From Rhizodiscina lignyota (Eukaryota): a stretch of 64,000 nucleotides of DNA. Where the stretch lies: the NCBI GenBank assembly GCA_010015805.1, contig ML978123.1, forward strand, positions 806,001 through 870,000. The letters run 5' to 3'. Positions within the stretch are counted from its first letter, which is position 1. Each line of letters opens with the position of its first letter. The notes under the pieces were generated by a model. The model was not told the origin of the DNA. It saw nothing but the letters and a program-made list of their open reading frames with translations, and made no database searches. The position numbers and the translations under genes are program-made. This document shows positions 35,960 through 47,748 of the stretch, piece after piece.

Positions 35960-37285
35960 ATGAGACGGAGCCTTGTATCTTGGTCCACTGGATTCTCACG
36001 CAGAGCGACGACATTCCCTCCGTCAACGCTTCTGCCGTTCCTATATCAGACGAAAACCATCCAATCCTCAGGGGTTACCCTCCAGAACATTAGACGACAT
36101 CGAAGCACAAGGCACACCGATGGAGAGACCAATTCTCGGGCCACGCATATTCCATTTGACAATGTCACTGAAACAACTCCGGAAGCTAGTACCGGTGGTG
36201 CTGGTGGCCCAGAAAAGACGACTCTCAGCGCAGCCGAACAAGAAGCCTTTGCAAAGTTATTCGACAAGCTAGCCTCTAACCAGATTAGGAAGCCTTCAAT
36301 TGCTCTGAAAACTCCATCACAGGAGGCTAGCAAAGGCACTCAACCTCTAATATCAAAACTGAGACAGCGTGATGCTGTGTTGGCTCGCCTCCCCTCATCT
36401 CTAAAGTCGATAGCTGAAGCCGCTGGGGCCAGGATTGAGGATGTGCAGTCAGAGCAAGAGCAAGGAATTCATTCTACCACCGGTGACGCTGCTACGACAG
36501 ACCATGATGAAAATGCATGGCCACATACACAAGAATCAGAACCGGAACTTGACCGTCAAGCTAAAGAGCACATTCGCAACATTGAAGCGCTCATAGAAGA
36601 ACAAGACACCGACATGAAAGTATGGGACATTCTTCAGACGAAAGTTTTTGAGCCACTGCACGCCTTAAATTTGGATTTGCCTTCGCACGCGAAGGAAGCC
36701 AAACCTAATGCCAAAACTCGAGGACGGCCAAAGGGGACCCAGCCTCAAATCAGCCCAGAGCTCCTGACAGCAACGCTCCCGCAGATCATAGCCTTCGCCC
36801 TGGACCACTTCCACACGAAGTATCCAGCCTCTCCACTCTCTACTACGCTTCTGCCCCACCTCAAGCAAGTTTCACGCACCGCACATCTCCTCTCGCTCAC
36901 ACCCGGGCTCTACGCATCTCTACTCCGGATCACCTGGGCCCGCACGACCTCCCCGCACCGTATCGTCTCCATCCTACAGGAGGTGGAGACTGAGGGCGTG
37001 GAGCTGGACCGCTCGGTTTTGGCCTCGCTGACGACGATTCTCGCAGAGGCGGAGGACATGCGCACGGGGAAATGGGGGAAGGTTGTGCAGATGGTTAGTG
37101 GGTTTGAGGGCTGGGCGGATCAGGTAGAGGTGCTGAAGGAGGGCTGGAGACCGCTTATCCATCAGAGGATAGTGGATGCGGCGTTTAGGGAGGTGCGTGA
37201 GCAGGAGGCTAACAGTGAGGCTAGCGGGAGTAGTGGTGAAGAGATCAGCGGGGATACTACTTCGATTAGACACAGCGGGCATTAA
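35960..37285 (+). CDS. Mitochondrial Mtf2-like protein
   Basis: Arg/Ser-rich presequence with LLPFLYQTKTI; C-terminal helical block LYASLLRITW...IVSILQEVETEGVELD typical of the Mtf2-like domain. Confidence 0.7.
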   Translation: MRRSLVSWSTGFSRRATTFPPSTLLPFLYQTKTIQSSGVTLQNIRRHRSTRHTDGETNSRATHIPFDNVTETTPEASTGGAGGPEKTTLSAAEQEAFAKLFDKLASNQIRKPSIALKTPSQEASKGTQPLISKLRQRDAVLARLPSSLKSIAEAAGARIEDVQSEQEQGIHSTTGDAATTDHDENAWPHTQESEPELDRQAKEHIRNIEALIEEQDTDMKVWDILQTKVFEPLHALNLDLPSHAKEAKPNAKTRGRPKGTQPQISPELLTATLPQIIAFALDHFHTKYPASPLSTTLLPHLKQVSRTAHLLSLTPGLYASLLRITWARTTSPHRIVSILQEVETEGVELDRSVLASLTTILAEAEDMRTGKWGKVVQMVSGFEGWADQVEVLKEGWRPLIHQRIVDAAFREVREQEANSEASGSSGEEISGDTTSIRHSGH

Positions 37286-38000
37286 TGAGAATCATAGAGT
37301 CGAAGGAAATCGGATGGATACGGTCAGTATAACAAGATGAAGAAGACTGTCCGCGGCGCTGCTGGCACTTTGCCATGTTTGAGTAGATGTACAAAAGTAC
37401 TCATTTTCTATTACCATGGATTATACTGCTTGAATGCGCCCGTGCAACGTACAAGTGTAGAGTACCTAACGCGCACCTAATTGATTAATGGGTTGCTTGC
37501 TCCAATCATTGTGGTCAAGTTGCGTGCAATATTGAATCTAAAACGTGACGCTGAGTCATTTTCAATTCCCGTCGTCAGAACACACTTCTGCACATTCTTG
37601 CTTAAATAGCACATTGCCTCTACTCTACACAACAGATTATGAAATCAACTATCTTAAATTGAGTAGCAGGGACTATACTAATCATTAACGTAAGGTATGG
37701 AGTAGTCTCCTTAAGAGAGGTAGAAAGAAAAGCCAAGGCGATGCTAACGCCACTAAACAAGAACTCTACGCAGATCGTCAGTTGAATAGAGCAGACAATG
37801 CCTATATAGAACACCGTCTTCATCAAACAACCTACTAGACACATCTCCCAGAGACAAGTACCTGCTTTTGCCTTGTGAACAAGGCATCGCGCGGCTTCTC
37901 TGCTGCTGGGCAATGGCCAGGCTTGATGACCGGTATTAATAACTGTGGCGGGTATCGTTGTCTTCTCTTTTGTCGAGAAAACTGACTCTTTGCTCTAGTT

Positions 38001-39238
38001 CTAGCTTTGTGGTGGATGCAAAGCTACTCGCCATTGAAGTATCGCGAATATAAGCTGCGCAATACTAACTAACAAGCCTACGTCCAAATGAGTCTCTCTT
38101 AAGGCGCTACTTCTGACGGGATGTTTTCATCGACGGACTTACCAAGGAAGCTGAAAATCACACTTAGAAATAACCCTACTATGGCAACAGTCAATGCGTT
38201 TCGCTCAGACGTATGTCTTTCGAACCAGGCTACAAGCCAATTGGCCGGAGGAGGGTTGTCGACAATATCCAACAGCTTCAGCAGCCGATCGCCCCAGAAT
38301 TCATACAGAAATTCATCCAGCGGCTCACGCACATGCCCTTCATCAGTTTTGGCATTAGGATCAAACCCCTCCTTCTGGACAAGCTTATCCAGAAACCTTT
38401 TGGATTTCGAGTCTGTCCCAATCGGGAAAAGGACGAAATGAATGGAGTCAAGCGTCTCCAGAAGGAGTTGTGGAGGTAACGTCCCACTACAGGCTAGACG
38501 TCAGTTTGAATGTGGTCGGTGGCCCATCTCATACTGTTTCATTCATTTCACTTACATCTTGAGGCTCTCCTCGAAGCTTAGGTCGATTGGTTGATTAAGC
38601 GAACGCAGAAGCTGGGCTTTTAAGAAGCCCGTGTGGTGGAAAATTTTCACGCTGCGCTCTTCTGGATCGTATAGCAAGTGCTCTCTGATGTCATCCGTTG
38701 CCCGAAAGTTGATGTTGTATCGCTTCTTCAGTTTCCATGCTTTCAGTCGTTTCTTTTGTGCGAGCGCCCCTCGTATCCTGATATTGCGAGTGGCGTCCTG
38801 CCGTGGGAAGCATCCCTGCACGAGGTCGACGAACTGTACGTCGTGTTCCCACTTCAATGGAACGAAATCGTTCAGAGTGAACCCCGCAGGATAGCTCTGT
38901 TTAGATTCGCAATCCAGCATGAAGGTTACACGAACTAAGGACCGTATCGCGGCTGCTTTATCTTTGTCCTGGCTGCCGCTGGAATTGAGACGGACCATCA
39001 TCTCATTGTGCGTCTGCGATGGGTCCGCTCTGAGATCCTTTGAGAAGGCGATAACACTGTCGTGCGATTCGAAAACCGGGTTGTCAAGTAGGATAACAGC
39101 ATCTTTGATGCTAGAGGGGCATATGACCTTTTCATAAAATTCCAGGTACGTAGCGTACTGTTCCAATTTTTTGGAGGCGCCGTCACATAAGAACGCCTCC
39201 GCGATTTTCTGCAGATCCAGCTTGCTCGGAGGTTCCAT
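38001..39238 (-). CDS. Uncharacterised 367-aa protein with C-terminal transmembrane segment
   Basis: Exons 39238-38556, 38486-38143 and 38077-38001 sum to 368 codons; both donors are GTAAGT. C-terminus WFERHTSERNALTVAIVGLFLSVIFSFLGLLVSIAQLIFAILQW. Confidence 0.82.
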
Positions 39239-39984
39239 CCTGGGTTGAAGTGTACATCACTCATTCTAAGCCTTTTATTCTACAGACAGGACGGCCACAT
39301 AAATTTATCTCTTTCGACAGTGTTGTCAGGTTCGCCTATCATCTAATTCGCACGACATATGCAGCGCCCGCTTCGGGCGATGCATGATGCCCAAGGTAGC
39401 TGGGCAACTCGGCTGTGCTAAGCCACCCTTTCTGGAGTCTACGCAAACCAGCTGCGGTCATTCCAAAATCCAGGCAGCATTTAAGCAACCAATACGTTCG
39501 CCTTCAAGCTCCAGGCACCTACGATACACCGATGGGGTGTGAGAGGCGGGGAACTGCTCAAGGCGTACTTGCACCGCCACAAACTTGCCCAAGTCGTGCG
39601 TGGCCACGCATAGATTCGCTTCAGCGGTCTTGCCAACTTTCCCTTCTCTTTTACTTTCATTTCCCGCCCTGCGCAAATTCTATGTGAGGCACTACCGTCT
39701 CAAGCTCTAGACAGTTCGTTCATGACCGTTCATCTAGACTCGAAGCCGCGCGGCACAAGGCTGACAAGCTAGATCATTAAGAATTTAAGAGAACTAGTTC
39801 GATCATTTTGGGCTTCGATTGTTTATCATTCTTGACCTACAGCACGGCCTACTTCACCCGTTGTACTGCGGGTGCCGCAAATTTAAGCACGCTTATCTAG
39901 CTTCCGGATGCAATTGCCTCGATTATTTTCTGGTCTCCTCCAGCACAACAGGCGCATCCGCCATCAGAGTTCTCAGGAAACAAA

Positions 39985-42900
39985 ATGGCTACCACCATTG
40001 TGTCTTCATATTCCACCGAACTCTCTCATTGCGTCTCCGATTCTTCAGACGACCAAGCGACTGACGGTCCATCCGGGTAATTCGTGCCCCATATAAAGTA
40101 AAGGTGTCGTCATGATGCTCATATACTCTAGGTCCTCGCTTTTGATACAACAATCAGGCCATGTACCCAATGCTCCATCTCACAATCCTTTGCTGCCTGC
40201 CGTGCCAATTCATCAACCTGTGTCCCATACTTCTGATCATGTCGATGGGGAACCAAATATCACTAGCTCCGGAGTTGCGCCACTACCTTCCTCCTTCTCC
40301 TCCTTACAAAGCCCAAGTTTGAGCGCCACAACAATAACTCCTGCTTCGCCCGACTTTAGAGGCCGTTTAGCTCTCCCAGGATACAAAGCGGATCCGATAA
40401 TCTACGTATATCCACATGCTCCAGTCCCCCGGGAACACCTCGATCGAGCACCTCGGGTTATACAAATATTCCGCGAAAATGTCTTCAATTCAAAAGAGAA
40501 GATTGTGAGTGGAAAGTATTTGAAAGATCAGATTGCGATGGTAGATTATGTGGTGAAAATGTGCGGACCTTCTCCTGCTGAGGCAAGGCCCTCGATATTG
40601 GCGATTTGCACCCCAAAGACTCTTCCAGCTCTGAAAAAGGAACTCACTCAGCCTCACGTTCGATCCCAATATTGCCAGAATGATGGCCCTGGGTATCTTT
40701 CTCGCCTTATGGGAAAGAGGGACACCATTGATGTTCCCAGACCCCAATTTGGCCTATATTTCTGGGCAGACCGTGCTGGACCCAGGACACTCTGCTGGCA
40801 CGTTCCTGGCATACGCAAATCCAAAACCAGCACAGGGCCATTGGCTAGCCTCATGTTATGTGGATCTCGCATACGTCCCAGAGACAAGAATTCGACCAAC
40901 TCTTCGACCTTCGCTACTCTTGGTTGCGTATTACATATTGACTCCGAATTTTATGGCTTGACCGTCGCCCACGTGTTTAGAACAGCCACAACTACTGGGT
41001 CCAAGGCCAGTGACCACAGACGGGCGGAAGTGAATGATAGTGGCGGCTGCAATGAACCTATCGGGAGTAGCACAACCGAAAGCGAGGACGAGAATAGCAT
41101 CGTTGATTTCGATGAGGACTACGACTTTTCAGATGAAGATGAGGACGAGTCGGAAATAGAAGAGAACAGCGAGGTATCTCCCACTTTTACGGACCCTTTA
41201 AGTGAAAGGGAGGGTGGGGGATTCTCAAGGGCAATGATTGATATGCCAGGCAATGAGTGTACGGGCAATGAGTGGGCAGACGTTGAACACGTAACAATCC
41301 CTGACGATCATGGTCTCATTCCAGACCACTCAGACTTCGATTGGGCAGGCCTCAGAATGGCTACACCGCTAAAGCGGCTCCCAAATGCTTATATTGTATG
41401 TGGCAGAGAAACCAGCGTGCAGGTCATTTCCGATATCGCAACAGGTCAGCCTCAGAGACCGAGGAACGTTCACATCATCTCATCGTACGCAACCACAAAA
41501 CATGGCGTTCTTCTTCCTGGGAGCTCATTCGTGGGAAGCCTGAGCGGGCGGGGCCCTTCTGAAGTCTGGAACGTCTCGATGTCTGATTCCAATGGTCAGT
41601 GATGAAATCTCTCTCCAAATATTTCAGTATTTATCAAACAATTGGCTCACTCAACCAGGTATTGAGCCGGGAGACTCTGGTTCTTTAGTCGTGGATGCTG
41701 TCACACACATTGCCTATGGTCATGTTGTGGCATCTAATCCCCTTGGGCAGGTCTATATTGCTCCATTGCCTGCCGCCGTGGAACAGATTAAAGCGGTCTT
41801 CAAGACCAGTGCAGTTCGCCTTGCTGATCCATTACGTCTACTGAGAGACAAGTTGATCACATACTTTCAATCAAAAACCTTTACGGACAACTTACGAAAA
41901 GAAGATATGCTTGCTTTCCATGCTTTCTCGAGGCTAGTTCAGGAGTATGCAGCAGGGAAGGCTTCTTCACAGCTCATGACCCCGCATTTTGATAGGACTG
42001 CTGTAAGTAATAACATGTTCAAACCCTACCAAACATTTCCAGCGTATCAATCATATCTGATTTTACTCAGCTCCAGTATACTTTGAAGGACTGTGACTGC
42101 AATATGACGAAAATGGCCATAACGGATGTGCTTGACTCAAGGACCAAACTGGCCGAAGGTGGCTTTGGCACTGTGTACCAAGTAAATATCTCGAAGGATA
42201 TCTGGCCCATTGTTCCTTTGAGCAGCAACGCCAATCCAGTTGTAAGTATAAAGCAACGATTATCCTGTTACGTGGCTAATTGCAGACCGACATACAGTTC
42301 GCGTGCAAACGATTACCCATGAAAACCAATCACGTCAGCCAGTGGCAAACTGAAGCTACAGTCCTTCAAAAGCTGAGGAAACACTCCAATGAACACATCA
42401 TAGAGTTGTTAGCGAATTTCTCAGCTGGAGACAGCTACTATCTTATCTTCCCGTTGGCCGAGTGCGATCTGGATTCTTACATGTCATCGGACCCTCGCTC
42501 ATCAGATGGACCTTATATAACCTGGATGTTGAGACAGTTTGAAGGCCTAGCATCAGCACTGAAACTGCTTCACAGTTCGTTGGATGGTGGACGATCAGCT
42601 GGAACTCATCACGATATCAAGCCTGCGAACATTCTTGTTTTCAATTCAAGCAATGAGTCTTCACAGGATACGCAATCAACGTATGGGACGCTGGTACTTG
42701 CAGACTTTGGGTTGTCGAGCGTTCAAACAAAACCCTTCTCAGCCACGCGTGGGTGCGCATCAGGGTCGAAGTTGTGGAATAGTCGAAGTCGAGCGGACCC
42801 ACTGTATGCAGCGCCGGAGAGCGAAATCCCTTCACTAGCGCATCCAAACATGGGGAGTGTCGACATCTGGAGCCTTGGTTGTGTTATGATAGAAGCCTGC

Positions 42901-43941
42901 GTTTGGCTGACGTATGGTGCGGAGAAGAGATTGCAGTTCTTGAAGGAGTTACAATCCGATACTACCAGTAACTCACCATCGTACTATGAGGCTCATGCAA
43001 CAGCTTCGGACGTTAGATTCTACCTCAAGCCGCAGGTGTCGACATGGATGACATCGCTTCTGGAAAATAGTAAAGGCAATAGGATGCTACACAGAACTAT
43101 AGATCTCCTGACGAATGGTCGTATCCTGGATCCCGACCCCAATTCCAGGCCAACAGCTTCAGAATTGGTCGTCAAAATCCGTGCAATCTTGCAGGCGGAA
43201 GAAGCTTCACTCCACGAGAGCGCTAAATCATCCTCGGACAATACCCCAGTGTGGACTCGTACTTGGGTATCCCTTAAAACAGAGTCGTGTGACAAAGAGG
43301 CTGTGGACAGCGATACCTATTGTCAGTCCGATGTCACCGCATCACCGTCATCTGAGAGCGAGATAAGGCAACAGCATACGGCGAGACCCGATTGCCTTCA
43401 CCCATCAGACTTGGATAGCCTCGGCCATGAGCCGGACGAGATCCCTATCGGACATGCACCATTGAAGCAACTGTGCCCCTATTGCACGGAATTCGGAAGG
43501 CCGAAGTCTCTGAAATATCACATTACAGCTAAACATCGGCTTGCACACCCTCATGAATGCCCAAAGTGTGGTCGCTTATTCAGCCAAAGCGAGCATCTGT
43601 CTACACATCGAAAAGATGGTTGCTTTCCACCTGAAGCTTCGTCTCGACTGTCTTCCGGTTACCACGCTGCTGGGAAAGGGAGCATCACTTCAAATGATGA
43701 TCCTATGCATTCTAACGCATCAGATATACGGTGCAAAATCGATGCGGAGAGCCAATCAATTTCTGCCATTGAAGAATCACCGCCAGAGCCACAATCAATT
43801 AGCACTCATAGCGCTCCCGTGTGTCACACTCATCCGTGTACGGACAGTATTGCTCACCCCCCTGGAGCAAAGGGAATGAGGAGCGGTGGTGTCAAGCGGT
43901 ACCCTCGTGGTCGTACTGGCCCAACAGTGGAGAGTTTTTGA
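39985..43941 (+). CDS. Trypsin-like serine protease / Ser-Thr kinase / C2H2 zinc-finger fusion protein (1241 aa)
   Basis: Exons 39985-40076, 40132-41594, 41659-42002, 42071-42241 and 42286-43941 join in frame (1242 codons). Protease motifs GLTVAHVF, DFDWA, GDSGS. Kinase motifs EGGFGTV, FACK, HHDIKPAN, DFG, AAPE, DIWSLG. Two C2H2/C2HC-type fingers. Confidence 0.8.
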
Positions 43942-44815
43942 ATGATCCTCTCAAATCCAGGACGACAAAGGAAGCCGTACGGAAGGTGATATGTTTGGAA
44001 TCAGGTATCGCTTTTTGGTCATATCTTCGGTTTTTTGTAATTCCTTTCTCGCATTCCGAATAGGTTCCAGCTCAGTTTCCTAAGGAAGGAGACGGATACA
44101 GAGCATGGAAAACCAGCCGGGAGAGAGCCAGGAGAGAGAGTCTCGTATTGATTCATAGGTCGCACGTTATGAATGTTTTGATGGCATTCGGTTATGCACT
44201 TTTGGGTGAATTGATACCCTTGAGTATATCTTAGCATTCTCTTTCCTTTTGCAGCAATTTCCAAACCATACCAGCACCAAAGATATCTTTGTAGTCTCTT
44301 CGCTGCTTTACCGGAAATCTTGGTCATGTAAAATCATCACCACCACCGCCGTGCCTGTGCAAGGACATCAGGAAGTCCACTCTTTACTCGCCCCTTTCGG
44401 TCTTTTTCTTCCTTAATTTTGCAATTGCGTCTCATCTCAGCAGTTATAGTAATGAATACAATATCGTCCGTTCCTCCGCAACAATTTTGTGAACACATCC
44501 GCTTTACCTACTAAATCTGTGAAGCTTTGTTGCCGAATTCAGCGTTGGCATTAATTATCATGCATTGCCGCTCGGCAATTATTTTGGACGGCAGCTCATT
44601 GGTCAAGCGTGCGCCAAGGCAGCTGTGCCACCTCAAGAGTTAAAAGATCCACATTCACTTCCACCACCCTCACTTCTACAAATCCGCCACCCCCAGGAGC
44701 GCGCCATGCCACATCCACTTAAACACTGAAAGTCTACGCCAAATCGCTTTCCAACACCAATTCCTATATCCAACGCGACTTATCGCACGCGACTTGACGT
44801 AAACTCAACGACAAG

Positions 44816-47748
44816 ATGTCCGGTCGCAAAGACTTTCTGAACCAGCCCGCGCCAGAAAATTACGTCGCTGGTCTCGGTCGAGGTGCCACCGGCTTCACAA
44901 CACGATCTGATCTCGGTCCTGCGCGCGAGGGACCTAGCGAGGACCAGATTAAAGAGGCGCTTGCCAAACGTGCCGCGCAACTTGGAGCTGCTCCGCCCAC
45001 TGCGTACGGCGCGACCGAGAAGAAAGAGGAAGATGATGACGACGACCGATTCCAGGACCCTGACTCCGAGTTCGGCCTCTTCGCGAATGGCGTCTACGAC
45101 AGGGAGGATGATGAAGCGGACAGGATATACCAGGATGTGGACGAGAAGATGGAGAAGCGGAGGAGGTTGAGAAGGTTAGTCTCCCCGTTACTACACTGCC
45201 CTCATATCCGCCGCTTGTTTAAGTACTTCTTGCGCAAGTATTGGCAGCGTTTTTGTTTCAATCCAGCCGTTAAACGGTGAACAGTATACCGACTTGAGTT
45301 TCGTCCAGGGAAGCACGCGAGAAGAAAGAACGCGATGAATACGAGCGCAACAACCCGAAGATTCAACAACAATTCGCAGACTTGAAGCGCGAGCTCGGCA
45401 GCGTCACCGACGACGAGTGGGCGAATATACCAGAAGTCGGAGATCTGACGGGCAAGAACCGACGGACAAAGCAGAATCTACGCCAGCAAAACAGATTCTA
45501 CGCTGTTCCTGACAGCGTTCTTGCTGGTGCCCGAGATGCGGGCCAATTCGACACGACTCTCAACGATGATGAGCCACCGGCAAATAGGGAGAGCGACGGG
45601 ACCGTCACGAATTTTGCAGACATCGGCGCGGCAAGAGAAAGGGTGCTCCAAGTGAAGCTGGATCAAGCTGGGCAAGGCTCAGGCACAGATTCAGTGGCAG
45701 GAACGTCGACGAACATTGATCCCAAGGGCTATATAACTAATCTTGTCAAGTCGGAGCTCAAGGCCGCCGAAATTCCTGTCGGAGACATCAAGCGAGCGCG
45801 TGTGCTCCTCGAGTCCGTCATCAAGACGAATCCTAAGCATGGCCCTGGCTGGATCGCTGCTGCACGTTTGGAAGAGTTTGCTGGCAAGATTGTGGCTGCT
45901 AGGAACGTCATTGCGCGAGGATGCGAATTCTGTCCGAAGACCGAAGATCTCTGGCTGGAAAGCATTCGACTGAATGAGAAGCGCAACGCCAAAATCATCG
46001 CTGCGAATGCCATCAAGCACAACGACCGCTCTGTGCGACTGTGGATTGCAGCTATGCAATTGGAAACAGAGCCTCGAGATAAGAGGAAGGTTTTGCAGAA
46101 AGCTTTAGTTGCAGTGCCACAGTCTGTTGCCCTCTGGAAGGAAGCTGTCAATCTCGAAGAGAATCCCGCCGATGCACGTCTGATGCTTGCCAAAGCCACT
46201 GAACTCATTCCCCAGTCCGTAGAGCTTTGGCTTGCACTAGCACGTCTGGAGACTCCGGATAACGCCCGTTCCGTACTGAACAAAGCCCGCAAGGCCATAC
46301 CTACGAGCCACGAAATCTGGGTGGCTGCTTGTCGTTTGGAAGAGCAGATGGGCAATACCGGTATGGTCCTGAAGGTCATGGAACGTGGTATCAAATCACT
46401 GGCACGAGAATCAGCCATGCTGAAGCGCGAAGAGTGGATCACGGAAGCCGAGAAATGTGAGGAAGAGGGCGCGATTTTGACGTGTGGTGCAATCATTCGC
46501 GAGACACTTGGATGGGAACTTGACGAAGATGATGACCGCAAAGACATCTGGATGGACGATGCACGTAGCAGCATTGGCAGAGGCAGATATGAGACTGCAC
46601 GTGCAATTTACGCCTACACCCTGCGCGTCTTCCCAACCGGAAAGAGCGTGTGGCTCGCCGCTGCGGATCTAGAACGCAGTCATGGCAGCAAGGAGGCGTT
46701 GTGGAGTGTTCTGGAGAAGGCAGTCGAAGCATGTCCACGTAGTGAAGTGCTGTGGATGCAGCTTGCGCGTGAGAAATGGCAAGCAGGATCAATCGACGAC
46801 GCGAGACGGGTGCTGGCCCAGGCATTCAATCAAAATCCGAACAACGAGGACATCTGGCTCACTGCTGTGAAGCTCGAAGCAGACAACAAGCAGATAGACC
46901 AGGCCAGAACGCTGTTAGACGACGCAAGACGAGAAGCTGGTACAGATCGCGTCTGGATTAAGAGTGTTGCGTTCGAAAGACAACAGGGCAATCCAGATGA
47001 GGCTCTCAATTTGGTGAATGAAGGCCTACAACGCTATCCCAAGGCTGCGAAGCTCTGGATGCAAAAGGGCCAAATTTACGAAGCCCAAAACAAACTGCCC
47101 CAAGCCCGAGAAGCCTACACAACTGGCACGAGAGCCTGCCCAACGTCCGTTCCACTCTGGCTCCTGTTGTCACGCGTCGAGGAGAAGATCGGTGCCGTCG
47201 TCAAGGCGAGATCTGTTCTAGACCGGGCGAGACTGGCTGTGCCTAAGAATGCTCAGCTCTGGACCGAGAGTGTGCGTCTCGAGAGACGAGCGAACAATAA
47301 GGAAGCGGCCCAAAAGCTCATGGCCCAGGCCCTCCAAACCGTCCCTGTCGCCGAATCTGGCATGTTGTGGGTGGAGAGGATATGGTATCTCGAGCCACGC
47401 ACTCAGCGGCGACCACTGGCCGTCGAGAGCGTCCGGAAGGTTGACAACGACGCCGTGCTCTACGTCACCGTCGCGCGCATCTTCTGGGGCGAACGCAAAC
47501 TCGAGAAGGCCGCGACCTGGTTCGAGAAGGCGATCCTGCTCGACGCGGATCTCGGCGATAGCTGGGTCTGGTATTGGAAGTTTCTGAATCAGCACGGCAC
47601 GGAGGAGAAGAGGGCGGAGGTGCTAGCGAAGATTGCACTGGCGGAGCCCAAACATGGCGAGATCTGGCAGGCGGTCAACAAAGCACCTGAGAATGCTGGG
47701 AAGAGCGTTGAGGAGATCCTGAAGCTGGCCGCGGCGAAAGCTGAATGA
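44816..47748 (+). CDS. PRP6: Pre-mRNA splicing factor Prp6 (S. pombe Prp1), HAT-repeat tri-snRNP protein
   Basis: DFLNQPAPENYVAGLGRGATGFTTRSDLGPARE, PKIQQQFADLKR, DPKGY, many HAT repeats. Intron 45175-45308. Confidence 0.97.

Noticed and set aside
38001..39238. Partner gene as a gasdermin (RCD-1/HET-Q1-like)
   Set aside because: A long hydrophobic C-terminal helix and mostly helical-looking sequence do not fit the beta-rich soluble gasdermin pattern.
45729..46574. 281-aa minus-strand ORF inside PRP6
   Set aside because: Antisense shadow ORF with the Ser/Arg-rich composition typical of such frames.
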